Source: Minisyncoccota bacterium (GTDB lineage: Bacteria; Patescibacteriota; Minisyncoccia; Phycocordibacterales; UBA5272). From it: 64,000 nt of DNA. The notes beneath the pieces were generated by a model. The model did no database searches and was not told where the DNA came from. It saw nothing but the letters and a program-made list of their open reading frames with translations. Where the stretch lies: positions 287,930 through 351,929 of the forward strand of contig JAXLZS010000001.1 in NCBI GenBank assembly GCA_046350775.1, in the 5' to 3' direction. Positions 38,374 through 49,032 of this stretch are shown here, one piece after another (the first letter of the stretch is position 1; each line of letters begins with the position of its first letter). Made by a program: the position numbers and the translations under genes.

Positions 38374-39147
38374 ATGAAAATCAAATTTAATAAAATTAAA
38401 GCATTGGCTACTGGAGCACTCTTATTAAGTGTTCTAAGTATAGCGGTAGTGAATGCTGAAACCAATAAAAGAATTGAAGGAAAAAATGATGAAAAAGGTC
38501 GTCCTGAGATGATGATTAAAAATGGTAAATTTGTGAGTGGTACAGTGACTGCTATAAATGGAAATACTTTGACATTATCTGCCACAAACCCAAATTCATC
38601 TTCTACAACAATCTATACAGTAGACATATCTAATGCTTTTATAGTTAAAAATGGAGCAACCGGTATAGCGGTAAATGACAAAGTCGTAGTCAGTGGAATA
38701 GTAAATGGTAACTCCATAATAGCTAAAATAGTCTACGACGGACCAAATTTCTTGAGAGCAGAAAAAGAGAAAGAGCCAATAGATGGTATAGTGACTGCTA
38801 TAAATGGTAATATTTTGACAATTTCTCAAAATATTAAAAGAGAGGAAAATGGATCAAGCACAAAGATCTACACAGTCGACGCTACAAATGCTTTAATTAT
38901 AAAAGGTGGAGCTACAAGTTCTGTATCAGCTATAAATGTCAACGATAAAATCATGGTAAATGGCACTGTAAACGGTACAACCATAACAGCTAAAATTATT
39001 CATGACGGTGTTGGCCAGAAAAACTGGAACAAAGACGGAGAAAAACACGATGATAAAGAAAATTTTAGTAAAACAGAAAAAGAGCAAACAAGATTTTTTG
39101 ATAAATTCAAAAATTTCTTCAGAGGTTTTTTAAGAAAAAACAGATAA
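38374..39147 (+). CDS. exported protein with two DUF5666-like repeats
   Basis: duplicated GxVTAINGNxLT...IYTVD..NA...VNDK...G.VNG..I.AKI..DG. Confidence 0.8.
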   Translation: MKIKFNKIKALATGALLLSVLSIAVVNAETNKRIEGKNDEKGRPEMMIKNGKFVSGTVTAINGNTLTLSATNPNSSSTTIYTVDISNAFIVKNGATGIAVNDKVVVSGIVNGNSIIAKIVYDGPNFLRAEKEKEPIDGIVTAINGNILTISQNIKREENGSSTKIYTVDATNALIIKGGATSSVSAINVNDKIMVNGTVNGTTITAKIIHDGVGQKNWNKDGEKHDDKENFSKTEKEQTRFFDKFKNFFRGFLRKNR

Positions 39148-39166
39148 AAATAAATAAAGTATTGAA

Positions 39167-39205
39167 AAATAATAAAAAGCGAGAAAATCTCGCTTTTTAT
39201 TATTT
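39167..39205 (+). terminator. intrinsic terminator
   Basis: AAATAATAAAAAGCGAGA-aaa-TCTCGCTTTTTATTATTT. Confidence 0.85.
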
Positions 39206-39263
39206 AATAAATATACACAATCAAGTTTGCAAAAAGATTATATTTTGATATAATGTATATATC

Positions 39264-39479
39264 ATGAATTGGCTATCAACCACAATCGCAATTATCTCCA
39301 TACTACTCTTAGTTCTAGTTTTAATGCAAAAGTCAAATACAGACGGAGCTGGGCTTGGAGGAGATTCTCTTGGTATTAATACAAGAAAAAGAGGCTTAGA
39401 AAAGACCTTGTTTAAGGCGACTATAGTTGTGGCTATAATTTTTGTTGTGTTAAATTTTATCGCTTTTTTTGTAAAATAA
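39264..39479 (+). CDS. secG: preprotein translocase subunit SecG
   Basis: two TM helices, LMQ..DGAGLGG, RGLEK.LFK.T. Confidence 0.88.
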   Translation: MNWLSTTIAIISILLLVLVLMQKSNTDGAGLGGDSLGINTRKRGLEKTLFKATIVVAIIFVVLNFIAFFVK

Positions 39480-39598
39480 TTTATTAAGTCTTAATTTAAT
39501 TTAATCTTAATTTCTTATTAATATAAAAATAATTAATAATTACTTATATATTAGAATATATCTTAAAATTTTAAAATAAATTCTAATAATAGAAAAAC

Positions 39599-41527
39599 AT
39601 GGAAGAAAAGGAAACAAATAAAAACTACAAAGATAATTTTGGTAATAATTCTTTAGAAAACCCTTCTGAAAATCCTCTAAAAAATACCATAAACATATCC
39701 TATATAGAACATAGAGAAAAAAGAAAAAGAAATAAAAAAAGTTTCTTTAAAAATATCAAAAAGAAAATAAAATTATTTTTCTCATCATATCTCTTGACCT
39801 ATAAATCTCTACCGACAAAAAAAATAGCTTTTTTTTGGAGCATGTTGATCCTTGCTCTATTATTTTTACTTCTTTCAATAAATACTCTTAGCAATAAATT
39901 TATGGTAGAAATACCTTCATATGGAGGAACTTGGAATGAGGGTATTGTTGGAGTCCCTAGATATATAAATCCTGTCTTAACAATATCAGAATCAGACAAG
40001 GACATGACTGCTCTAATATATTCAGGATTACTCAAAAAAGACAGAGAGGGAAACATGATAAATAATCTAGCTGGCAGTATTGAAGAAAGTGAAGACAATT
40101 TAACATTCACTGTAACAATAAAAGAAAAAGCTAAATTCCAAGACGGTGTAAAAGTGACAGCTGATGACGTATTGTTTACTTTAGCCAAAATACAAGACAA
40201 AAATATTAACAGCCCTTTAGCTATAAATTTCGAAGGAGTGACAGCTGAAAAAAGTGATGAAAATACAATAATTTTTCACCTAAAAAAACCTTATTATCAT
40301 TTTAAAGAATCTTTAGATTTCGGCATATTACCAAAACATATCTGGGGAGAAATGTCTGCTGAGGAATTTTCTCTTACAGAATATAATACAAAACCTGTCG
40401 GATCCGGGCCTTATAAAATATCTAATATTATAAAAAATTCAAATCTAGCAAAAGAATACCAGCTTACTTCTTTTAAAAATTATGTAGGAGGAAGACCTTT
40501 TATAGATAAAATAAATATTTTTATATATCAAGACAATAAATCTCTTTTATCAGGATTAAATTCTGGAGATATAGAGGCTACCCAATATCTTGATATAAAA
40601 TACTTTGACAAAGTCGCTAATAAAAATATTATTTCAGCATCATTGCCAAATCTTTTTTCATTATCTTTTAATCCAAATAAGAATAATATCTTTGCAAATA
40701 AAAATGTAAGGACAGCCCTAGCTACGACTATAGACAAACAAGACATTATAAATAATATATTCAACAACTACGCCAGAAAGACAGATCTAGTCTTCCCCTA
40801 TAATCAGGACCAGACTATTTTAGATGACAACTTTAATAATCAAAACTTTTTAGATCAAAAAACAAAAAACTCTTTAGCTTCTTCAACTAACGGGGTATTT
40901 ATATCAAGGATAGATATAGCAAAAAATATTTTAGGAAATTCTTTGAAAAACAAAAATATGGAAATAAATATCTCTACTGCAGACATAGAAGATTTAAAAT
41001 CTGTAGCAAACAAGATATCAGAAGCTTGGTCCTCTCTAGGATTTAAAGTAAATATAAAAACTTACAGCTTGCCAGATATAGCTGATGTTATAAAAAATAG
41101 AGATTTTGAAGTCTTATTATTTGGATCGATAATAAATTATGATACAGATCTATACGCTTATTGGCATTCTTCACAAAGAATCTATCCAGGACTAAATATC
41201 ACAGGATATGCAAGCAAAAAATTAGATATTAATCTAGAAACATTAAAAAATAGTATGAACAAGGAAGATAGACATGAGGCACTGCAAAATATAAACAAAG
41301 AATTATCAGACGAAAACCAGATCATACCAATATATTCAAATAATTTTAATTATTTAATAACCGAAAAAGATTTAAGAGATATTGTAGCAAATAATATTCC
41401 GACAAAAATGAAAGATGGAAGCGAAAGATATAGAGATGTCGATGAGTGGTATATCTATAAAGAAAAAGTTTGGAGATTCAGCTACTTTAAAAATTTACAA
41501 GAAAAATTATCAAACATAATACATTAA
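39599..41527 (+). CDS. peptide ABC transporter substrate-binding protein (family 5)
   Basis: IYSGL, FQDG..VTADDVLFT, PVGSGPY, YWHSSQ. Confidence 0.9.
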   Translation: MEEKETNKNYKDNFGNNSLENPSENPLKNTINISYIEHREKRKRNKKSFFKNIKKKIKLFFSSYLLTYKSLPTKKIAFFWSMLILALLFLLLSINTLSNKFMVEIPSYGGTWNEGIVGVPRYINPVLTISESDKDMTALIYSGLLKKDREGNMINNLAGSIEESEDNLTFTVTIKEKAKFQDGVKVTADDVLFTLAKIQDKNINSPLAINFEGVTAEKSDENTIIFHLKKPYYHFKESLDFGILPKHIWGEMSAEEFSLTEYNTKPVGSGPYKISNIIKNSNLAKEYQLTSFKNYVGGRPFIDKINIFIYQDNKSLLSGLNSGDIEATQYLDIKYFDKVANKNIISASLPNLFSLSFNPNKNNIFANKNVRTALATTIDKQDIINNIFNNYARKTDLVFPYNQDQTILDDNFNNQNFLDQKTKNSLASSTNGVFISRIDIAKNILGNSLKNKNMEINISTADIEDLKSVANKISEAWSSLGFKVNIKTYSLPDIADVIKNRDFEVLLFGSIINYDTDLYAYWHSSQRIYPGLNITGYASKKLDINLETLKNSMNKEDRHEALQNINKELSDENQIIPIYSNNFNYLITEKDLRDIVANNIPTKMKDGSERYRDVDEWYIYKEKVWRFSYFKNLQEKLSNIIH

Positions 41528-41544
41528 AAAATAATTATAAATTT

Positions 41545-43440
41545 ATGAACAATACAAATAATAATCAAAAAAATAATAATCGCAATCACCATAGACATGG
41601 CAGCTCTAACAGACCTGCTCCAAAAGAAAAAAATACTAGGAGTAGCTACGCTAGTATGAGTAAAAGATCCAGTTCTCGCCCACCAATCAGAAATCGTAAA
41701 AATTCTGGACCAAAATTTGAGACAAAGATCTCTGAAGCTACGGAATTAGCTCACATACCTCCATTAGCTTCTGATTCAATCAGGATAATAAATCTTGGCG
41801 GAGTAGAAGAAATCGGAAGAAATATGAGCTGTATAGAGTACAAAGATTCAATAATAATCATAGATTGTGGATTCCAGTTTTCTGAAAGCACAACTCCAGG
41901 AATAGAATGTATTCTTCCAAATACAAGATATCTAGAAGAAAATAAACACAAAATAAAAGGAATGCTAATAACACACGGTCACCTTGACCATATCGGAGCT
42001 ATCCCCTACATACTACCTAGAATAGGAAACCCAAAAATATATTCTCGTCAATTTACTGCTCTCATGATCAAAAAGCGTCACGAAGAATTCCCACATCTAG
42101 ATCCTTTAAACATAGAAATAATAGAGACAGATAATACTGTAAATCTTGGAGATATCACAGCGAAATTTTTTGCAGTATCTCATGCCATACCAGACTCAAT
42201 GGGTATCATAATAGAGACTCCTTATGGAGATATAGTACACACAGGAGACCTCCGTCTAGATCATGACAACGGTGTACCAACAGAAGCTGAAATAAATAGA
42301 TATAAAATATTTGAAAATAGAAATATTCTTTGTCTTATGACAGACTCCACAAATTGTGAAAATCCAGGTTTTTCTATCTCAGATCGTGTAGTATTTGAAA
42401 ATATTAGAAAAATAATAAAAGATACTCCAGGTAGACTAATCATTGCAACATTCTCTTCTCAAGTAGAGAGAATGCTAGAAATAATGAAAATGATAGAATC
42501 TTTTGGTAAAAAAATAGCAGTGGAAGGAAGAAGTATAAAAACAAACATAGAAGTAGCAAAATTGGCTGGATTATTGAAAATTGATCCTAATATCATAATC
42601 CCGATAGAAGATATGGAAAATTATCCAGCAGAAAAAGTCGTAATCTTGGCGACCGGCGCCCAAGGAGAAGAGTTCGCTGTCTTAAATAGAGCCGCAAACG
42701 GTACACATAAATATGTAAAACTTGATAAAAAGACTACTATTTTGATGTCTTCGTCGATAGTGCCTGGAAATGAAAGGGCTGTACAAATGCTCAAAGATAA
42801 ACTATCGAGAAAAGGAGCCCATATAATCCATTACAAGACTTCAGATGTACACTCATCAGGACATGCCAATCATGACGAATTGGTGTGGATTCATAAAAAA
42901 ATACATCCTAAATTTTTTATTCCAGTCCATGGGTATCACTATATGTTAAGAGTCCACGCTGATATACAAAGAGAACTTGGTATGACAGAAGAAAATATAA
43001 TAATTCCAGATAATGGTATGATTATCGAAATCCAAAATGGTGGACAAAAAATCGTGTCATTAAAAGAATTCGCTCCAAATGAAATGATAATAGTCGATGG
43101 TATGTCTGTAGGAAAAATCCAAGATGTCGTCATGCGTGATAGACAAACTCTAGCTGAAGACGGAATGTTTGTAGTCATAGGAGTAATAGATAATCATACA
43201 AAAAAACTAAAAAAATCTCCAGATCTAATCTCTCGTGGTTTTGTCTATCTAAAAGAGTCTCAAGATCTTCTTTATCAGACCAGATCTCTTGCAAAAAAGA
43301 TCATAGAAGATGCTATAGATAAAAATATAAATGTCAGCATGGATGATATAAAAGATAATTTAAATGAAAATATCTCAAAATTCCTTCTACAAAAAACAGC
43401 AAAAAGACCAGTCATAATACCTGTAATTATAGTGGTATAA
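41545..43440 (+). CDS. rnj: ribonuclease J
   Basis: GGVEEIGRN, THGHLDHIG, HTGD, HSSGH, PVHG. Confidence 0.95.
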   Translation: MNNTNNNQKNNNRNHHRHGSSNRPAPKEKNTRSSYASMSKRSSSRPPIRNRKNSGPKFETKISEATELAHIPPLASDSIRIINLGGVEEIGRNMSCIEYKDSIIIIDCGFQFSESTTPGIECILPNTRYLEENKHKIKGMLITHGHLDHIGAIPYILPRIGNPKIYSRQFTALMIKKRHEEFPHLDPLNIEIIETDNTVNLGDITAKFFAVSHAIPDSMGIIIETPYGDIVHTGDLRLDHDNGVPTEAEINRYKIFENRNILCLMTDSTNCENPGFSISDRVVFENIRKIIKDTPGRLIIATFSSQVERMLEIMKMIESFGKKIAVEGRSIKTNIEVAKLAGLLKIDPNIIIPIEDMENYPAEKVVILATGAQGEEFAVLNRAANGTHKYVKLDKKTTILMSSSIVPGNERAVQMLKDKLSRKGAHIIHYKTSDVHSSGHANHDELVWIHKKIHPKFFIPVHGYHYMLRVHADIQRELGMTEENIIIPDNGMIIEIQNGGQKIVSLKEFAPNEMIIVDGMSVGKIQDVVMRDRQTLAEDGMFVVIGVIDNHTKKLKKSPDLISRGFVYLKESQDLLYQTRSLAKKIIEDAIDKNINVSMDDIKDNLNENISKFLLQKTAKRPVIIPVIIVV

Positions 43441-43462
43441 TATAAAAATATAATTTTATATT

Positions 43463-44752
43463 ATGGATGATGGAATGAAAAAACGACTATTAAGTGTCGC
43501 ATATGTTGCAACTATATTTTATGCTTTGCACTACTTTTTGCTCTATTTTATCTTTTCTGATTTTCTCAATCAATATTTTAGTCCAGTAAAATTAAGTCTT
43601 ATATTTGCTGGTAGTGCTTTTGCCTCGATAATAATTTCAAACTTTTTTGGTGATATATTAAAAAAATTTACAAATTATAAAAGCCTAATTTCAATATTGA
43701 TAATACAGTTTTTTGCTACGATTTCTTTGGTCTTCGTAAATAATTTTAACTTATATCTAATATCTTTTCTGGCAATATTACATATAACTCTTGTCACCAT
43801 AATATGGGTATCTATAAATATATTTATAGAAGAATTTTCTGATCATGAAAATATAGGCTCCATACGAGGAACAATATTAACCCTTTATAATTTTGGAGCA
43901 ATATCAGCACCTTTTATTTCAGCTCAATTTTATAATTTGATAGGATATACAGGTATATTTGTTTTAAGTGCTTTAACTATTTTACCCTTAATATATCTGA
44001 CTAATAGATTTTTCAATCATGTCGTAGAGCCTAAATATAAACATATAAATCTTTTTAAAAGTTTTAAAATAATTAAAAACAATAGAAATGTAAGAGGCGT
44101 CATAACTTCATCTTTTATATTAAATTCTTTTTATGCTGTAATAAATATTTATCTCATACTTTATCTCACACAAGATCTTGGTATACCAATACTTCTTTAT
44201 CTTGGAATAATCACTCCAGTCTCAATAATCCCCTTCATTTTAATACCCTATGAGCTAGGAAAATATTCTGATGAATTATTTGGAGAGAAGAAAGCTATGC
44301 TTTTTGGTATATTTCTATTAAGCATCATACTAGTCTCTATTTATGCTTTTGATATCAAAACTACAAACATATTAATCTGGATGGTCATATTGTTTCTTGC
44401 AAGACTTGGAGCAACAATAACTGAGACAGAAAACTATGCTTATTTTTATAAAGAAATAGATGGAAGTAGTGCTGGACTTATAGCTCTATTTCAAAACATG
44501 AGTCACGCAGGATTCTTGTTTATATCCACAACAGGAGCTTTATTGATCAAATTACTAGACATAAAGCTAACCTTTATGTTTTTACTTGTTGGACTCTTAG
44601 GATTTTTATCTATATTCGTAATATTAAAAATCCGTGATACAGAAATAAAGAGAAGAAAAATTGAATTAAAGCAGAAAAATAATTCTGAAAAAGAAAATTC
44701 AAATGATCCCAATAAGGAAAGTGTAGAAGTTGAAATAAATAATAATATATAA
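43463..44752 (+). CDS. MFS transporter
   Basis: about 12 TM helices, GKYSDELFGEK loop motif. Confidence 0.85.
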   Translation: MDDGMKKRLLSVAYVATIFYALHYFLLYFIFSDFLNQYFSPVKLSLIFAGSAFASIIISNFFGDILKKFTNYKSLISILIIQFFATISLVFVNNFNLYLISFLAILHITLVTIIWVSINIFIEEFSDHENIGSIRGTILTLYNFGAISAPFISAQFYNLIGYTGIFVLSALTILPLIYLTNRFFNHVVEPKYKHINLFKSFKIIKNNRNVRGVITSSFILNSFYAVINIYLILYLTQDLGIPILLYLGIITPVSIIPFILIPYELGKYSDELFGEKKAMLFGIFLLSIILVSIYAFDIKTTNILIWMVILFLARLGATITETENYAYFYKEIDGSSAGLIALFQNMSHAGFLFISTTGALLIKLLDIKLTFMFLLVGLLGFLSIFVILKIRDTEIKRRKIELKQKNNSEKENSNDPNKESVEVEINNNI

Positions 44753-44756
44753 ATAT

Positions 44757-45458
44757 ATGAAAATAAAAGTAGATTTAAAGGATAAAGAAGTTGTTAGAAT
44801 AAATAAATATTTATCAGAATCTGGTATATTGTCTCGCCGAGAAGCTGATAAATTAATAACAGAAAACAAAATTCATATAAATAATAAAGTGGCAATCCTG
44901 GGCGACAAGGTTAAAAATGGTGACTCTGTTTTTATAAATCAAAAATTAGAAAAATTAAAATATTTTATATATAATAAAAAACGCGGAGAAGAGACTAGTT
45001 TTAAGATTAAAGGAGAAACAAGACTTGAGCCTATAGGAAGACTCGATAAAGAAAGTGAGGGATTACTCATTTATAGTAACGATTTTAGAATAGTAGAAAA
45101 ACTTTTAAATCCTAAAAATAAGCTAGAAAGAGAATATTTTGTCACAGTCAGAGAAAAAACAACTCCAAGAGTCAAAAATATTTTAGAAAAAGGAATAAAA
45201 ACACAAGAAGATGTGTATGCACCGGCAAAAAAAGTAACTATAAGTGAGGAGGAAAAAAATCTTATTAAAATAATACTAACAGAAGGAAAAAAGCATGAAA
45301 TAAGAAGAATGTTGAATGCTTTAAATTTTACAATATTATCACTAAAAAGAGTCAGATTTGAATTTTTAAAATTAGAAAATTTAAAACCTGGTCAAATGCG
45401 AGAGCTAACAAACATCGAACAAGAAAAACTTTTAAGATTATTAAAGATTGAAAATTAA
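44757..45458 (+). CDS. rRNA pseudouridine synthase, RsuA/RluB/F family
   Basis: S4 domain (RINKYL..SRREAD), GRLDKESEGL, EGKKHEIRRM. Confidence 0.92.
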   Translation: MKIKVDLKDKEVVRINKYLSESGILSRREADKLITENKIHINNKVAILGDKVKNGDSVFINQKLEKLKYFIYNKKRGEETSFKIKGETRLEPIGRLDKESEGLLIYSNDFRIVEKLLNPKNKLEREYFVTVREKTTPRVKNILEKGIKTQEDVYAPAKKVTISEEEKNLIKIILTEGKKHEIRRMLNALNFTILSLKRVRFEFLKLENLKPGQMRELTNIEQEKLLRLLKIEN

Positions 45459-45484
45459 AAGAGCCACCAATTGGCAGCTCTTTA
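45458..45484. terminator. bidirectional terminator
   Basis: AAAGAGC/GCTCTTT hairpin between convergent genes. Confidence 0.65.
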
Positions 45485-45487
45485 AAA

Positions 45488-45682
45488 TCATTTTCCTTTA
45501 GGTTTACCGCCATCGAACGATGGTTCAAACGAATCCTGTTCATCAAAAAGTAATCTCTCATATTCCGCAACTGAAATAAACTCCCCCTTTTTGGCTTTAA
45601 TTTTTTTACCTTTGTCTTCGAAATCCCTTTTAGCTATATAAGCTGAAGGTTGCTGATCTGGGTATGTTATAAAACTACACAT
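45488..45682 (-). CDS. small orphan protein
   Basis: 64-aa ORF with upstream TTGACA-17-TATCAT. Confidence 0.6.
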   Translation of the reverse strand: MCSFITYPDQQPSAYIAKRDFEDKGKKIKAKKGEFISVAEYERLLFDEQDSFEPSFDGGKPKGK

Positions 45683-45757
45683 AATGGGTTAATTAAAAAT
45701 GAACAAATCTTGTTGACAGGAAAATGATAACAATATTTTAAAAAAATGTCAATCTGA

Positions 45758-46774
45758 CTAATAAACCAATTCTTCTTCTTTAATTTTTTCTATTTTATCT
45801 AAAATAAATCTACCAATATCTACACCAGAATTTTCTAAAATAAAATTAAATCTTGACCCTTCAGCTAAATGAGGATTGGTATGTATTTCTATTATTTTAA
45901 TATCAAAATCATTTTTATTTTTTTTATTTTGACTAATACAAATATCTAATAAGATATGATTATCAAGAGCCAAAGACTGATGTATATCTCTAGCTAATTT
46001 TCTTAATTTTTTCTTTAAAGACTCATCGAGATGAGTCATGCTTAGCTTGTGATGAGCGTGATCTATCAAATACTTATCTTTCATTTCTTTACCGTTTATA
46101 AATCTAACTTGCGCTTCAGCATTTACAGTCTCTATGGGAGTTGGTATGTACAGATCTTCCCCTCTGTAATTTGGAATAACAGCCAAAGATACATATCTAC
46201 CGCTCAAATGTTCTTCTACTATTGCCTCGCTGCTTTTTTTAAAGATGTCCTTTATTTTTTTATAAGCTTCTAAAAATGAATGAGTTAAAAGACTTTTTTG
46301 GTTGGCTATATGTTTACCATCTTTTATCACAATAGGAGTGTGAAATTTACCCCAGATTTCTTTTAAATTATTTTCAAGATTTTTATCGTCACGAAATAGG
46401 AAATATTTAGGAAAATCAAAACCAAGTTGACCCAGTATTCTCTTTATGTTTGTACGAGATAAGACATTATTCATATCATTTTTAATGACGAACTTTACGT
46501 CCAATTTATTTGCCAAAGTATGATAATCTCCATCAAAAATATTAGTAAAATCCACATAATAGTCAGCCTGAGAAAATACTTTATGGGGATCGGAAGGTAT
46601 TCCTTTTTCAAACCAATTATTATTCTCATCTATGACCACATCTATAACATTTACATCTTCTCCGTATTTTAGTAAAGACAACAAGACATGAGCCCCACTT
46701 TTCATGGAGTTGTGATAATCTATCTTTCCGCCACGTAACACAGCTATAGTCTTTTTCTTGTTATCTTTTGACAT
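45758..46774 (-). CDS. D-alanine--D-alanine ligase-like ATP-grasp protein (divergent)
   Basis: IAVLRGG...SMKSG, PIVIK, IVEEHLSGR, IIEIHTNP; several Ddl catalytic residues altered. Confidence 0.7.
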   Translation of the reverse strand: MSKDNKKKTIAVLRGGKIDYHNSMKSGAHVLLSLLKYGEDVNVIDVVIDENNNWFEKGIPSDPHKVFSQADYYVDFTNIFDGDYHTLANKLDVKFVIKNDMNNVLSRTNIKRILGQLGFDFPKYFLFRDDKNLENNLKEIWGKFHTPIVIKDGKHIANQKSLLTHSFLEAYKKIKDIFKKSSEAIVEEHLSGRYVSLAVIPNYRGEDLYIPTPIETVNAEAQVRFINGKEMKDKYLIDHAHHKLSMTHLDESLKKKLRKLARDIHQSLALDNHILLDICISQNKKNKNDFDIKIIEIHTNPHLAEGSRFNFILENSGVDIGRFILDKIEKIKEEELVY

Positions 46775-46819
46775 AATATTTTCTTGTATAAATTATATCA
46801 TAAGAGCTTTATGGTATTT

Positions 46820-47212
46820 TTATAAGCTAAGTAAAAAATGTTCCTTTGTATTTTTTGTTGGAGATACGTCAAATATTTCTTTTGGAGATAAAACCAAAAC
46901 TCCCCTCACAACTCTTTCTGGTAAAATTTGCTTTACAAATTCTACTGTCTTGTCAAATTTTTCACCTTCATTTTCATATTTAGCTTTACATTTTATCTGA
47001 TAACCAAAAAGATCCTTCCAAGCCACAAAAGACACATTTTCATTTTGAATTATATTTTTTACAGTCTTATCCATAAAATAGTCGACTAGCCATATTTCAT
47101 CACCCTCCACTTTTACGGTGGATACTGGCACGACATTTATATCTTGATTTGCGTAAGTAGCCAAAGCTTTTGAGTCTGCTATCATCAAAAACTTTTTTAC
47201 ATAATCTTGCAT
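46820..47212 (-). CDS. pyridoxamine 5'-phosphate oxidase-like FMN-binding protein
   Basis: LAT..INVVP, DYFMDKT.KNI..N..V, GYQIK, P.EIFDVSP. Confidence 0.8.
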   Translation of the reverse strand: MQDYVKKFLMIADSKALATYANQDINVVPVSTVKVEGDEIWLVDYFMDKTVKNIIQNENVSFVAWKDLFGYQIKCKAKYENEGEKFDKTVEFVKQILPERVVRGVLVLSPKEIFDVSPTKNTKEHFLLSL

Positions 47213-47229
47213 ATTATTTATTTTATTTT

Positions 47230-48984
47230 TTAGGCTTCACAAGACAAACAAAGTGTACCATCTTCTTGTCTTATGATATTATATTTTGGCTTATTTTCCT
47301 CATTACCAGATTGATTCTTATCACTCATATTTTGCATCTTTTTTCTGTTAAACTGCTGAGCAGCATTCATGCTATGTTGATAATATAGCGTCTTTACTCC
47401 CATCTCCCAGGCTTTTATATAAAAAGCATTTATGTCTTTAGCTGGAGTAGAAGGATCAACCATGAGATTTAAAGATTGACCTTGATCAATATATTTCTGT
47501 CTATCTGCAGCCTGCTCTATAATGACTTTTTGGTCTATTTCTGGAAAGGTTTTAAACACATTCTTTTCTTTTTCCGAGAGGAAATCTAAATGCATGACTG
47601 AGCCATCATTTTCTAAAATGCTTTTCCATACATCATCAGTGTTTTTATCTTTTTCTATTAAAAGTTTTTCTAAAAATTTATTTCTAAAAGTTATTTTTAT
47701 TTTTTCTAGATCTTTCACAAAACAATTTGAAAATAGAGGCTCTATACCCTGAGATACTTGTCCCAAAATAAATGATGATGAAGTGGTAGGCGCAATAGCT
47801 AACAAAGTAGTATTTCTTCTACCGTAACCCTTCAATATCTCTGGCTCTCCATACTGATTAGCTAATTCTTTTGAAGCGCTATAGGCTTTCTCATTTATAA
47901 ATTTAAAAATATCTATATTTAGTTTTTTAGCTTCTTCGCTCTCAAAAGCGATCATTTTGCTTTGAAGTAGTGAGTGCCAACCAAGTACTCCTAGACCCAA
48001 AGCTCTATTTTCTTTAGCAAAATTATAAGCTCTTTCCATAAACAAGAAAGATTGTCTGTCTCTAGGATCTTCACTATCACGCTTTTTCTCTAGCTTTACG
48101 ACAAAATCTTCAATCACAGCATCAAGAAATGCCACCATGGTCTCTACAGCGTCTGTATTTTTTATTTCATCAAAATGAAATAGATTTATAGATGATAGAC
48201 AGCATACAAATGACCATTTTTCATTACTTGGTAAAAGTATCTCACTACACAGATTACTTGCATAGATTTTTATATTTTTATCTTTATAGACATCTACTGT
48301 ATTATTATTCACTGTGTCTGAAAAAAGAATATAAGGATATCCTATCTGAGTTCTTCTTTGTATGACTTTCGCCCAAATATTTCTCTTTACTTCATCTCCG
48401 GCTATCATATCCTTAAACCAAGCATCAGATACTGTCACAGCATAAGTAGATTCTTGAATCTTATCTCCTTCTGTACCAATATTAAGAAACTCTTCTATAT
48501 CTGGATGCTCTATTGGCAGATAAAGAGCAACATGACCTCTTCTAGCAGATCCTTGAGAGATGACATTGGTAGCGGTGTCAAACATTTGCATAAAGTGTAC
48601 TGACCCAGATGATGTACCGTTGTTTTTAATTTTTGCTCCACGTCCTCTCACCTCTCCAAAATATGCAGAAGTTCCTCCACCTAATTTTGTCATTGTACCT
48701 ATCTCAGATAAAGTAAAAAGTATTTGTCCCATATCATCACCAACATAAGAGCCAAAACAAGATATCGGCAATCCTCTATCAAGACCAAAATTAAGCCAGA
48801 CAGGAGTAGAAAGAGAATAAAATCCACGTGACATATAATCATAAAATTTATCCGCAAAACCCTCTTTATTCAGAAGTTTTTCGGCGTGTTTTGCTATCTC
48901 TTTTATTCTTTCTTCTGGAGACACTCCAGGTAAAAGATAATCTTTTACTAAAAATTTTCTACTATATTCATTGAGCCAATACAT
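47230..48984 (-). CDS. nrdA: ribonucleoside-diphosphate reductase alpha subunit without ATP cone
   Basis: PISCF, SNLCSE, APTTSSS, KTLYY, C-terminal CLSCE. Confidence 0.95.
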   Translation of the reverse strand: MYWLNEYSRKFLVKDYLLPGVSPEERIKEIAKHAEKLLNKEGFADKFYDYMSRGFYSLSTPVWLNFGLDRGLPISCFGSYVGDDMGQILFTLSEIGTMTKLGGGTSAYFGEVRGRGAKIKNNGTSSGSVHFMQMFDTATNVISQGSARRGHVALYLPIEHPDIEEFLNIGTEGDKIQESTYAVTVSDAWFKDMIAGDEVKRNIWAKVIQRRTQIGYPYILFSDTVNNNTVDVYKDKNIKIYASNLCSEILLPSNEKWSFVCCLSSINLFHFDEIKNTDAVETMVAFLDAVIEDFVVKLEKKRDSEDPRDRQSFLFMERAYNFAKENRALGLGVLGWHSLLQSKMIAFESEEAKKLNIDIFKFINEKAYSASKELANQYGEPEILKGYGRRNTTLLAIAPTTSSSFILGQVSQGIEPLFSNCFVKDLEKIKITFRNKFLEKLLIEKDKNTDDVWKSILENDGSVMHLDFLSEKEKNVFKTFPEIDQKVIIEQAADRQKYIDQGQSLNLMVDPSTPAKDINAFYIKAWEMGVKTLYYQHSMNAAQQFNRKKMQNMSDKNQSGNEENKPKYNIIRQEDGTLCLSCEA

Positions 48985-49032
48985 ATTTTTATTATTTTAA
49001 TTTTATAAATTTTCTGATAATATTTTTAATTC

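Noticed and set aside
14845-48984. Inteins or introns in dnaE or nrdA; alternative genetic code 25
   Set aside because: Both genes are of normal length and uninterrupted, and core genes are full length under code 11
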